Assembly: GCA_001244265.2 (NCBI GenBank)
Contig: CDLV01000011.1
Location: 248,001-312,000 of the forward strand
DNA: 64,000 nucleotides
Source: Microbotryum violaceum
Taxonomy: Eukaryota
Reading direction: 5' to 3'
Part shown: positions 23,892 through 37,499 of the stretch, in pieces
How the letters are laid out: each line of letters opens with the position of its first letter
How positions within the stretch are numbered: the stretch's first letter is position 1
The notes under the pieces: model-generated
Seen by the model: only the letters and a program-made list of their open reading frames with translations
Databases searched by the model: none
What the model was told of the DNA's origin: nothing
Program-made: the position numbers and the translations under genes

Positions 23892-26361
23892 ATGCTCTCC
23901 CGCGCCGCCTTCTCTGTTCGTGCTGCTACGGTGAGTATCCAACTGTGCAAATGGAGGGAGAGGGATCGTCGGAACTGGTGTGATGTTGGGAGTAGGTGCG
24001 GATGCTGACGACGAGGGTATGCGTGCTCGTTGGCCCCCCGATCTGTGCAGCGCACTTCGGCCGTCAATGGCCTGAGGTCCTACGCCACCGCCAAGCCTGG
24101 TTAGTCCTATACCGTCTACGGCGTCGTGTGGGGTGGAACGTCGATCTGACCGCGCTCGTTAACGCCTTGCAGCGGCTTCGGAAGTGGCTTCGATCCTCGA
24201 ATCGCGCATCTCTAGATCGTCGGGCGGAGCTCATGTGCTGGAGAACGGTCGCGTCTTGACCATTGGTGACGGTATTGCTCGGTGAGTTGAGCAGGACCGA
24301 ATCTTTTCATCGAGCTCGGCGGACTGACGCGGTGTGTTGGGCGCTGCAGTGTTTACGGCCTCCGAAACGTTCAAGGTGCGTCGTTTATCCCGCTGGCTGC
24401 GCTCGTTCTCGCTGGCTCGCTGGCACGCCTGGCACGCTGGCCGATTCGCGCGCCTGCGGGTCGGCCCTGCGCTTCCCGTTTCCGCTTCGCTACGCCTGTC
24501 CTCCGCCCAAACGGCTTGGCGGTCGGTCCCAGCGCATCCTACCCGCTTCCACCCGCGGCGGATCGTGCACCTGCAATGCCCCCATACACTAACCACGATG
24601 ACGATCGTGATTGACCTACAGCCGAGGAGATGGTTGAATTCTCGTCCGGTATCCGCGGCATGTGCCTCAACTTGGAAGCCGGTCAGTAGTCCACCTCCCC
24701 CTTCCGTATGCTTGCTTCCGCGGGTGCCAACGCGCGATGGCACCCGATCGGATCTGGCGTAGGTCGCATCTTGAATACCCCACGACTGACTTGCTCTGCG
24801 CTTTCTGTTCCCTCTTCAGACAACGTCGGTGTGACCATCTTTGGTAACGATCGTCTCATGTGAGTTGACGCGTTATCATCACCACAACGAGGGTCGGCCA
24901 CGTTGATGCTGGTCCAGCCCGGCGGAACACCCTCGGCCGTGCTCGCACATCGCAACCGCGCCGCTGACCATCCTCTCCGCTTGTTCCACATCCCGCAGTA
25001 AGGAAGGTGACTCGGTCAAGCGAACCGGTTCCATTGTCGATCTTCCCGTCGGCCCCGGCATGCTCGGTCGTGTCGTCGACGCCCTCGGCAACCCCATCGA
25101 TGGCAAGGGTCCCATCAAGTCGACCGAGCGTCGACGTGCCCAGGTCAAGGCCCCCGGTGTCTTGCCCCGTCAATCCGTCTCGGAGCCCATGCTGACGGGT
25201 CTCAAGTCCGTCGACGCCATGGTCCCCATCGGACGTGGCCAGCGTGAGCTGATCATCGGTGATCGTCAAACCGGCAAGACCGCCGTCGCGATCGACACCA
25301 TCCTCAACCAGAAGAAGTGGAACGATGGCGCTGACGAGAGCAAGAAGCTCTACTGCGTCTACGTCGCCGTCGGCCAGAAGCGATCGACCGTCGCGCAGCT
25401 CGTGCAGACGCTCGAGGAGAACGGTGCGCTCAAGTACTCCGTTGTCGTCGCCGCCACCGCGTCCGAGGCCGCTCCCCTGCAGTACCTTGCTCCCTTCTCG
25501 GCTACCGCCATCGGCGAATGGTTCCGTGACAACGGCAAGCACGCCTTGATCATCTTCGACGACTTGTCCAAGCAGGCCGTCGCGTACCGTCAGATGTCGC
25601 TCTTGCTCCGTCGCCCCCCGGGACGTGAGGCCTACCCCGGAGATGTCTTCTACTTGCACTCGCGTCTCCTCGAGCGTGCGGCCAAGCTCTCCGACAAACA
25701 CGGAGGTGGATCGCTCACCGCCCTCCCCATCATTGAGACCCAGGGTGGTGATGTCTCCGCTTACATTCCCACCAACGTTATTTCCATCACCGACGGTCAA
25801 GTGAGTTGTCATCCGTAAAGCTGCTCGACTTGCTTTACTGCAACGAGTGCTGATCTCAATTTTTCCCACTCGCAGATCTTCTTGGAAGCCGAGCTCTTCT
25901 TCAAGGGTATCCGACCCGCCATCAACGTCGGTCTTTCCGTCTCGCGTGTCGGTTCCGCTGCCCAGTCTAAGATTATGAAGGCCGTCGCCGGTTCGTTGAA
26001 GCTGTACCTCGCTCAATACCGTGACGTCGCCGCGTTCGCCCAGTTCGGTTCCGATCTCGATGCCTCGACGCGCTTCTTGCTCAACCGTGGTGTGCGTTTG
26101 ACCGAGTTGCTCAAGCAAGGCCAATACCAACCCATGGCGATCGAGCTGCAGGTGCCGATCGTCTACGCCGGTGTGAACGGTCTGCTCGATCGCGTGCAGG
26201 TGAACGACATTGGCAAATGGGAGACGTCCTTCATCGACCACCTCAAGAGCTCGCAACAGTCGCTCTTGGACGAAGTGTCCAAGGGTAAGATGACGCCTGA
26301 GATTGACGCGCAATTGAAGAAGGTCGTCAGCGACCACGTCACCTCGTTCGTCTCGGCTTAG
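23892..26361 (+). CDS. ATP1: Mitochondrial F1 ATP synthase alpha subunit
   Basis: Presequence [27 protein letters not shown]-loop, [24 protein letters not shown]; several micro-exons. Confidence 0.97.
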
Positions 26362-26942
26362 AAACACTCCCCACACAGAAAAAAGAAGGGGTTTTTTTTT
26401 TTCACCTCCGTGCAAAAAAAAAAACCTCTAGTGTGTCCTTTCTCTCTCTTTTTGTTTGTGGTCGCGCATTTTATGGAAATCAAAGAGGGTTTCGAAGAAT
26501 CGAAAACGAAGAAAATGCAGAAGAATTAGAAACTCGAATATGAAGATACTCGCGCTACGAAGGTTGCCCACCCCTTGGGACAGGCGCGCTCTTGGCTCCA
26601 ACTTAGGCCTGGGTGTTTCGGCTGTCCCAATCCTCGAGGAGGAGGATTTCATTATGGATCCTGCTCGCCGCAGCTGACTTCTCACACTCGAGTCATTACT
26701 TCGTCGTGGCTTATGCTTCTTGCGCACACATCGACGATTCCCCCTTTCTTTCATCACCACTCCAAGCAAAACTTCACCCTCCCGTCACCCAGGCTACGTG
26801 ACTACAAGCTCAAGAGCTCGACTGGGGGACCCCTTCGAAGAGCTCGGAGCGTTCTCACATAGACCCCCCCCCCCACCACCACCGCCGGGCGAGAATCCTG
26901 CTTCGCCGACTTGTCCAAACCCCTGTTTCAACCACGACCCTT

Positions 26943-28845
26943 ATGAATCTCGTTGATACTTTCGCGGCACCTTTCCTGTTGGGTACCTTTCTCAATGTCT
27001 TCCTAGCGTAGGTCGGCCGATTCTGAGCTCTTGACGTCTACTACAGGACCTCGAGAGCTGATCGCCGATTCAGAGTCGTTTTGTTCGTTTCAAGCGGAAT
27101 CAATTGGATGCAGATCATCACCTATTTCAAGTGAGTGGTCCATCTTTCCCACCTACCGAGGAACCTAAGCCTGAAAACCACTCGTTGCACCTGCTACAGC
27201 ACGAGCCGTTCCGAGGAGAACGCAATCTACAAATGGGTGGTCAGTCACTTACTAGGTGTCCTCCCAGACCAAGCTTTCTGGAGCCCTTCTCCGCGGAGGC
27301 CGAAGCTGGCTCCGAAGGAGTCGAACGACCCTGGTCTGGCCCGTTGGCTAGCCCAATCGCGTGCTATCAGGAGTCTCTTGCGCATGCATGGCCCCGATAT
27401 ACGTTAACAGTGTTCATTGACACGGTAAATGCTTGCATGGATATTTGCAGGTGGGAATCGTTGGCCTGATCGGCACTTGGCACACCTGTTTCAACGTCGT
27501 AGGCGTGTACAACAACCTCGTTCAAAACTACGACAAACTGATGAACCTGCTCAGTATTCATTGGTCTTATGTCTTGGACCCCGTCACAACGTGAGTGCAA
27601 CAAACATCAGAATATTCGGTAAAGTTTCTGAGATTGACAGACTCGTCATACGATGCCATCTACAGTGCCGTCGTCGCAGCCATCGTCCAGGCAAGTCTTT
27701 TCCCAGGAGCTCAATCGATTTTTAACGGGTGCGCAGCGACTCGGATTGAACGAGATGACTAAACCCCAAGTCTACACCCGCTCGTAACTTGCAGAACTTC
27801 TATGCGTACCGCATCTACATCCTTTCGAAACGTTCAATCTTCATCCCCCTCTTGATCCTCTTTCTGACGCTGGTCTATCTCGGTGTCGGTTGCTTCACGA
27901 CCGCTTTCGCGTTCGAGCATGCGATTTGGCCCGTCATCGAGGCTCGTATCTCCTGGGCCCGTTTCAACTTGGCTCTTCATGATGGCCGGTACGGATCTAC
28001 TGATCACCGTGACGATCGCGTTCCTACTCACTCGATGAAAGTCCGATTTCACGGGTACGAATTCGATCATCGACAAAGTGATTCGGTACACGGTCACGAA
28101 TAACGGTCTCACCGCCGCCGCGGCGATCTGTTCCTCGATCATGTTCCAAGCCAGTTCAGGTTTATGGCACGTCCTACCCGGAACGATCATCATCAAACTC
28201 TAAAGTATCTCATTAATGGCTTCCCTCAACTCGCATAAAAATCTAGCGCACGATTTGGCCCTTTCCCGAACCGGGGGCCGGGGCGCGACCAAGTTGGCTC
28301 GCGGAGGTTCTCCGAAACAGTTACTACATTTTCCCGGCGTCAATGGAGCGAATCAGGTCGCTAGTTTCTCTTGTCAAAACGTTCAATCCGACGTACGTAA
28401 TCCTCCGAGTCTTCATTTCAAGGATACGCCGCTGCGACACGTCGCGAAACTGATCGGCGTAGGCGCACTAGGGAATGGGTCATTGGGTGGGAGTGCCTCG
28501 AGGTCGACTTCGATGCGTAGTATGAGTCGGCGGAGGGGTGGCAGTGATCATCACGGCGAGAATTCTTTCCCCGTTCAAGTTACCATCGATACGACTTCGA
28601 CAGAATTTCAAGTCGAGCAAATGGACTGGGAGGAGAAGGAACGAAAGAAGGTGTTCAAAAGTGAAGAGGATCGTACGAATGGTGACACTGGTAGTGCGAA
28701 GGCGTCGTCGATACCCATCGCACTGCCCGTTCCGACGCTCGAATTGACGAACCCACCTTTTCGGATCTATGTCGAGGAACCGGATTACGCTTCGTCGGGT
28801 TTGGAGATTGGGACTTCGCAATCGGATTTATTGTCCAAGGTGTGA
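26943..28845 (+). pseudogene. Multi-TM membrane protein (DUF6534-like basidiomycete family), disrupted
   Basis: PFLLGTFLNVFL, QNFYAYRIYIL, DLLIT, YTVTNNGLT, KL*SISLMASLN. Frameshift near 27960 and in-frame stops at 28036 (TGA) and 28201 (TAA). Confidence 0.75.
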
Positions 28846-29429
28846 GGCGGGGTGGTGGGGAGACAAATGGCATTAAGTGGTATGGTTTTGGATAGGGTGC
28901 CAGTTCTGGGGCGGAGCTTGCATTGTGAATGGATCTTGTTGTAGTTGTGCTTTCCGGGAAGTTGTTCTTTATGCTCAGCACGTCTAATAAGGGGTCAGGC
29001 CATTTGGTGCAGCTCGCCCAATCAACATATGATTATGTTCCACTAGTCCGAGGAGCAGTAGTCTGACCTCGAAAGATCCCTCGTGATAACAAAAAGCGCC
29101 CCACCCCTCGAGCAAACTCATTTTATGCTCTCATCTCTCCGGCACCAGTGCTTTCTCATCCCTTATTAAGCAGTCTTCTGAGAGACGAGGCCCTAGTTCG
29201 CGCTCTTCAGGGTACCTGGACGTGTCCTCACACCGTCGTCGAGCCAGAAGCCAAAGAACGGCAAGTGGAAAAGCGATTATTTTGCTCAAAAAAAGGACAT
29301 AAAGGAGCGACTACAACGTTCTTGAGTGACACTCTCTAGAGCCTCTTCGTCCTCCCGTCAAATCTTCCACTTGATCCTCGCCCGAAATGCGTTGCGTAGC
29401 CTGACTCGAACCTCGTAAGGAGAGTTGTT

Positions 29430-30953
<1,524 letters not shown>

Positions 30954-31478
30954 TTTGAAAGATGTTGTCGGGGGGGTCGGGTGGGGTGGGGGCAGGAGAA
31001 GAGAGGGAGGCAACGAGGGGGTGGCAAGGCAGCTGCTGTGTGGCGATTGGGCCGAGCCAGTTCGTCGGCCTGTCTGGCGCTGAGCGCTGAGCGCTGAGCG
31101 CGGCCAGCTGACGAAATTCATCCTCGCTCTTGGCTCTGGGCCTAGGTCCGAAATTGGTCAAAAACCATATCGCATTTCCTCCCCGCAGGACTCGGGAGCA
31201 CATTGCTTGATCAGCATTCGGGGAATGGCAATGTCTCGAGTCCTGACTCGTTTCATGCATGCGGGCACATCGGACCGTAACACCCAGTCGAGGAACCATG
31301 CTGAACGAATTTGGTCTCTTGGCGATACTAATTCATCCCGACTCGAGTCAGTCCCCCCCTCTCCTGAGCGTCCCTCAAATTCTCACCCGCTCGAATCCCC
31401 GGGAACCGCTGGCGTAAATCATCTTTCTCGAAAGCCGTGACGTGACTGATTGCAGAATCAGACACCACTCAAAAATCA

Positions 31479-33404
31479 CTACATGCTTCTTGTTCGAGTG
31501 AAGAGCTGATCAACAATATGCGAAATGTGACCCAGCGTCTCCAACGTCGCGTCGTAAGTTTTCTGATATAGACACCGACGGGACGAAAGGTCATTAGTAA
31601 AGCCCCTCAAATCCCGAACTTGACCAGGAGGTTTCACGAGACTCACATCCACCTCCGGTTCCTCCCAAACGATCAAACACCCGGCCCCTTGATCCAAGAT
31701 CCCATCAAACACCTTGTCCAAGATCATCTGACTCAACTTGGCCTCGACGTCGCGTACGGGTTGACCGACCAACTCGGCGATATGGCTAATCTCGACGCGG
31801 GAGAAGGGTTCGATGATGCGCACGAGGTTCTGTTCGAGCAGGGTGTCGTAAAGTGCCGAAAGGTGGTTGCGAATGATGGGGTCGTCGGACAGTTCTGGAC
31901 GATCGAAGAGTACGGTCCTGATTAGAATCGAAAAAACTCTTTGCCCACCAACGGCCTTGGCTTTAAACCTACCTTTCCGGTGTTCCTTCAACAGCCGCTC
32001 AAAGTCGGACAGACTTCGGTCCTCGTGTGCCTTTGCGACAGCTTTGATCGCATCGACCTGAGGCCCGGCGTATCGTTGTGCGAGTTTACCGGCAATGATG
32101 GAGGTCACATCCTCGGGCTGGGCATAGTAAACTCGGACTCTTTCAGCTGACTGCGCTTCCAGTAGATCTCAAGGAATCAAATACGCACCAAGTTGAGCAT
32201 GACTTTGCACATGAGCATGTACTTCAATGCGGCGGGGGCTTTGGGATCGTCCTGACTGGACAGGCCTTCAAGCGCCTCAAAGAAGTAGGAGAAGCTGTCG
32301 AGGGTAGAGATTGTGAGCGTGAGCGCAGGAAAAATTTCGAGACCAAACGGGTCAGGTGGCTTACGCGGTCTTGTAATCCTTGTCCTCGGCGTGGAGAATA
32401 CCGGACTGCATATCGAGCTGAGCTTGCAACAATGGCGGGCAGTAGATCGAGTTGGCCGCGGTTCGTGCCGAGGTCAAAGCGGCCTAGCGAAAGCGGGACG
32501 AACACACCATGTCAAATCAATCATCAAGAACACGTTTTTAGTGATGGCGTACCTTTGCTTTAGGCATGTTGGCGAGCAGGTGGTTGACGCGCGATTCGAG
32601 GAGGTGGACTTCGGTTAGGACCATCTTGTCGTCGAGTTTCTTGAGTTCCCTCAGCAAGGTCGTGATCAAGGCCAACGCATCCTTGTAGTTTTGGTTGTCA
32701 ATGTATCTGAGAGGAAAGCGGGTGTTGGATCAGGGGTGGTCCCTCGGTTGAACAGCCCGATCGAGTGGGGACTGACAATGCGATCAATCGAGTCTCGAGA
32801 TTCTGCTTGAGGAAGATGCGCTTCTCGGATCTGGCCCAGTCGACGTTCTCTTGGGTGACCTTTATTTGAAGTGCAGACGAGTTGGGGATCGCGCTCAATT
32901 GGTCCAACAGGGTCCGGACTGTGAGAGAGAGAGCGAGAATGAGCCAAGCTGAATGGGAGTAGGGGCCTGCTCGCTACGGGAGAGACGGAAGAGTATGCTT
33001 ACCCAGTTTGGCGGTCTTGGCTTTAGCAAGGTGTTGCATCAACCAAGTCGAATCTCGGATCAGCTGAGCCAAGGCGGTCGCATCCCTGTGTGCAGTCGGT
33101 CAATGTAGTGAGATGAGTTCCCTAGCCAATGACGAGGATGGGGTGTGAGCTACTACTACTCACTGTCGAGCGCTGTACAGCTGACCGAGCTCTACGATGG
33201 CGGTCTCCTTCTCTTTGAGCAGCTGATCATCCTGCGGGCCTAGGGGAGGACAGGGATAGGAGGTGTGAGCGGGGCGGGACTGGGTCGCACGAGTGAGGTG
33301 CAGGTGGGTGTGGACTGACCGTCAACGGGTTGATCGAGGATCGCTCGCAGTTGTTGCTCTGTACGAGCCGGCGTCGAGGTCGTGGCTTTGGGGGAGGAGG
33401 ACAT
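31479..33404 (-). CDS. RPN6: 26S proteasome lid subunit Rpn6
   Basis: [65 protein letters not shown] (PCI domain). Confidence 0.95.
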
Positions 33405-33608
33405 GATGGGAAGGGTGGATGTGGGTGATCAATCGATGATCGGGGGGGGGAGGGGGGGGGGGAAGCGAGGGTAGAGTTAAGCAGCAGCAGCGAGAGGTGC
33501 ATAGCCACAGAGAGCCACGCAAGCGCGCAAGGAGAGACTCTGGAACGCGCGTGCCCCACTCAACTCTCTCTTTCAGTCTCCTGCCACCCCCAGCCCGCCT
33601 GTTTCATC
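33405..33608. promoter_or_regulatory. Shared bidirectional promoter of RPN6 and RPN7 with PACE-like GCCAC cores
   Basis: Only 204 bp between the divergent ATGs. GCCAC at 33504 and 33514; TGCCACC at 33582-33588 (reverse GGTGGCA). Confidence 0.6.
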
Positions 33609-35417
33609 ATGGCTTCACCATCGACCACAACAGCACCCGCTCAAGAAGACCAGGTCGCATGCATCCCCAACCTCAAGCTGGCACAGCATGCGTTCCTCCT
33701 CTCCCGAGCGATCACTTCGACGTCCTCGTCCTCGTTGTCATCCCCGTCGTCATCGACAACCGACCTCGAAGCGACTCGCAAGGCATTGTTGCAAGCGATC
33801 GAGGAGGATGGTCAGTCGATCTTTAGCTCAAGCTCGACGAGATTCGGTGTTGATGATTCGTGCGCTCGTACAGAAATGGCACCTTGGCTAGCAGCGCTCA
33901 CCTCCTCCCCTCAAACGTCCTCCTCGACCTCCTCCACGGCATCAACCTCCTTCAACTCCGCCATTCTCCCTCCCCAACCCGACCTCCTCGCGCGACTGCA
34001 ACGACGCAACAAGGACCACCTCGCAACCCTCGACGCCCAGCTCGCCGATGCCGAAACCAATCTCGGCGAAACAGAGATCTCGGACGCGCTCAAGGCCAAA
34101 GCGTTGTACCTCGCTCGAATCGGAGAAAAGGTGCGCAAGGGGCACCTATATCATAGTTGCAGTCTGACGTGGGCAACTTACGACTGCTATATTAATCTCA
34201 CAGGACCTCGCGGTCAAGGCTCACTTGCACGCGCTGGACAAGACCGCCGGTAAAGGATCCAAGATTGACTTGCGCTTGGCTATCATCCGCATAGGCTTCT
34301 TCCACGGCGATCACAACCTCATCCAGGACAACATTGAAAAGACCCGAATGTGCGTTTCACACCGTACGCAGCCTCGCCGCGACTGAATCAATCTCACACG
34401 CTCCTCTCCTACCCAGTCTCGTCGAGGAAGGCGGTGATTGGGACCGACGCAACCGTCTCAAGGCCTACGAGGGTCTCTACCTTTTGTCGATCCGCAACTT
34501 CAAAAAAGGTGGACAGTTGCTACTCGACACCTTGTCGACCTTCACCGCGACCGAATTGATCGATTACGACGACTTTGTCGCGCTCTGCGTCCTTTCCGGT
34601 GCTTTGATGTTGGAGCGCAAGGATCTCAAAAAGAAGGTGGGCGCGATCGTGCTGTTCCATCACTGCTTGGATACTGATCGGCTGATCCTGCAACCTCCTC
34701 AGATCATCGAGGCTCCCGAGGTGATCGCGTTGATTCCGACGCGACCGACGTTGAAGGATTACTGCGAGTCCTTGTGGCGATGCGACTATGCTGCTTTCTT
34801 CAAAGCGCTCGGTAAGCCTTCCATCAACACCCTCAACCTTTACACCGCCTCCCTCCCCTCATGACTGAATTTTACGTCCTCTCCCTCCTCAACTTCCCCC
34901 TTTAGCCATCGTCGAAGAATCGCACCTACTCCCCGCGCGCCTCTTGTCCGTGCATTCGCGTTACTACGTTCGCGAGATGCGCATCAAGGCCTATGCCCAA
35001 CTCCTGGAATCGTACCGATCCGTTACGCTCGCTTCACTTTCGAACGCTTTCGGAGTCTCACAAGACTTTATCGACGCGTAAGTTCTAACTCTCTACGCGA
35101 GAGCGAGGCGAGAATGTTTTCTCTACTCGCGGGGGTTTCAATTTCCCAACTACCCTACGCGCCATCAAGCAATTAAAACTTTCTCTAACGCCTCCGCCTC
35201 TCCCCTCCCCAAACCCCCACTTTTGAACTTTTTTCATCTTTACAGCGATCTAGCTCGGTTCATCTCCGCCGGTCGGTTGAATTGTTCGATCGATCGCGTG
35301 AACAGCGTCGTCGAAACGAATCGACCGGACGGGAAGAATGCGAGGTACGCTAGTGTGATCAAGAAGGGCGATTTGGTGTTGAACAGTGTGCAGAGGTTGA
35401 GTAGGGTGATTGGATAA
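33609..35417 (+). CDS. RPN7: 26S proteasome lid subunit Rpn7
   Basis: [58 protein letters not shown]. Confidence 0.96.
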
Positions 35418-35790
35418 TGGGTTTCAACGAAGAGGGGTATCAGAAGAGGAGGTGGGGTGGGTGGATGTGTAGATGTCGAAGGCAACGAAATGAATGAACC
35501 TCCTTTTGATGTCAGGTGAATAGGGACCGTAGCATATTCTCCTTCCTCATACTCTCTTTTTATTTCCGAGTAGCGGGCAAGTATTTAAATGTTGGAAGAA
35601 AAAGGCCCAAGAGACCGAGAAGAGGTTCAACCATTACAAATCGAAACTAGAAAGGTCAAAACCTGCCCCGGTTTCCGACTCGATAATGTCTCAAAACTCC
35701 CTTCTCAGAAGGCCCAGGTCCCAATCCCCTCCTCGGTTCATTTTTTGGTTGAGGATTAAGGGCGAAAAAGTTCGATACGGGTGGGAAGTT

Positions 35791-36294
35791 TTAATCGAAC
35801 AAACCGAAGCCCATGTCGTCATCGGACTCCTCCTTCTCCTCCTCCTTCTCTGGCTTCTTCTCCTCAGCAGCGGGCGCGGCACCACCAGCGGCCGGCGCGG
35901 CGGCGGCCTATCGAAACAACATCAGCATCATCCAAAAGGAAATTGCAAGGGGTCAGATGTGAAGGCATAATGGGGGGATCAAGTAGAAAAAACTCACGGC
36001 ACCACCGGCACCACCGGAAGGAACGGACGCGAGCTTGGACGATCCCTCGGCAATCAACTCGTTCAAGTCCTTGCCGGACAACTCGGAGATGAGCTTCTCC
36101 AATCGCTCGGCATCAGGGGTGATGCTACGCACAAAAAGAGAGGGCGAGGGGAGTTAGTGATGGGTTTGAGGGGGAGGAGCGTGGCTGATGAAATGGGCTT
36201 ACTCGACGGTGGCGAGCAACTCGGTAACGTCCGAGGCGGAAGGGGAGGAGTTGCCTCCGGCAACGAGGAGAAGGTAGGCGGCGACGTGCTTCAT
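35791..36294 (-). CDS. RPP2: 60S acidic ribosomal protein P2
   Basis: [49 protein letters not shown] ~485-bp 5' UTR intron ends CAG|ATG. Confidence 0.96.
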
Positions 36295-37499
36295 CTGTTG
36301 TAGATAATGTATACAAGGGTCAGCACACTGCGCATGAGCCAAGGGAGGGGTTGCGTCGTCGGATGTCGAGCTCGATGACGTTGGCTGGGCCGGGGCGGGA
36401 TGGCGGCTCCGCACATGACAGCGCGCTCGCCTGCGATGTGTCGTCCGTCCGTCGCGATGCCACCTCGAACCCTTTCATCGGCCCTCTTGTCCACCAGCCG
36501 TCTCGAACAAGGTCCTTCCAACAACCACCTTGAATGCTCCCGACCGTAGTCAGGCATCCGTCACCGTCATTAATGCTGCGAGGCCCACCCGCGCGGGCCC
36601 CAAATTGTGCGGGAAAAAAGTCGAGTGCTGAGCCGAACGCGGCGGTAGGCCCGCAGTTGCGGCTGCTGGGTCGTGGCAGACAAGTCGTCGGTCCGCCTCC
36701 TCGTAGTACCATGTCGAGGGTCGAGGTGACGCAGTCGAGGAACGTATCCTTGAGTGGTTTAAGAGAATGTCCGACTAACCGATATCTGCTTTTACGCTTA
36801 AACTCTTGACGAGGGAAGTCGATGTGGAGAGCGAGAACAAGCAAGCCTACGACAAGCCAGCAAAGGCGCGAGCAGCCCCGCCGCGCTTTTCGTCGCAGGT
36901 TTTTTTCGCCTCGCGCAGGCGGGTTTGGCCCGCGTTTTGTACGTTCGAGACGGACTAATGGGAATTGTGCGTGGGATTACTGTAGACGTGCTTTGAGCTA
37001 GGGATATCATAAAAACTGGCGTTTGCACTTTCGATCAAGCTGGAGAAGGAGACAATTTAGCTATTGCTAATTTTCAGGAATATTTTGGCTCATCCTACCG
37101 TTTGCATGACATGCTTGCTAGCCAAGCAGGTTGAGCAAGAACGAGGCCCGGAGCCTGAAGGAGCACGGGCCTCTTCGAGCCTCGGCCACAAGCGAACACG
37201 CGCTGCAGGTCGGTTCGGTCAGCCTCAGCCGCATTTGCTCGAGTCGTGCGACCCGAGCTCCAGTGAGAACTGCTGCGCGGTGGAACGACACGTTGTTCAT
37301 TCCATCCGATCATCACCTCTACTTGCACCAAAACGCGCTCGAGCGACGAGCGTAGTGGCAGTGACCCTCTGTGAGACACGCGTCGCCAACTCCCACCAAG
37401 TCACGGGGTGGGGGTCGAACGCGGGAGCAATCAATCGAAACCGCCACACGTCGTCCCACCCCGCTTTTCAAGCCTTATCGCCCCTTCGTCGTCTTCGCC

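Noticed and set aside
24856-26415. 519-aa minus-strand ORF, and similar long antisense ORFs over RPL10, TAF2 and 60068-61106
   Set aside because: Antisense shadows of GC-rich, codon-biased coding sequence on the other strand.
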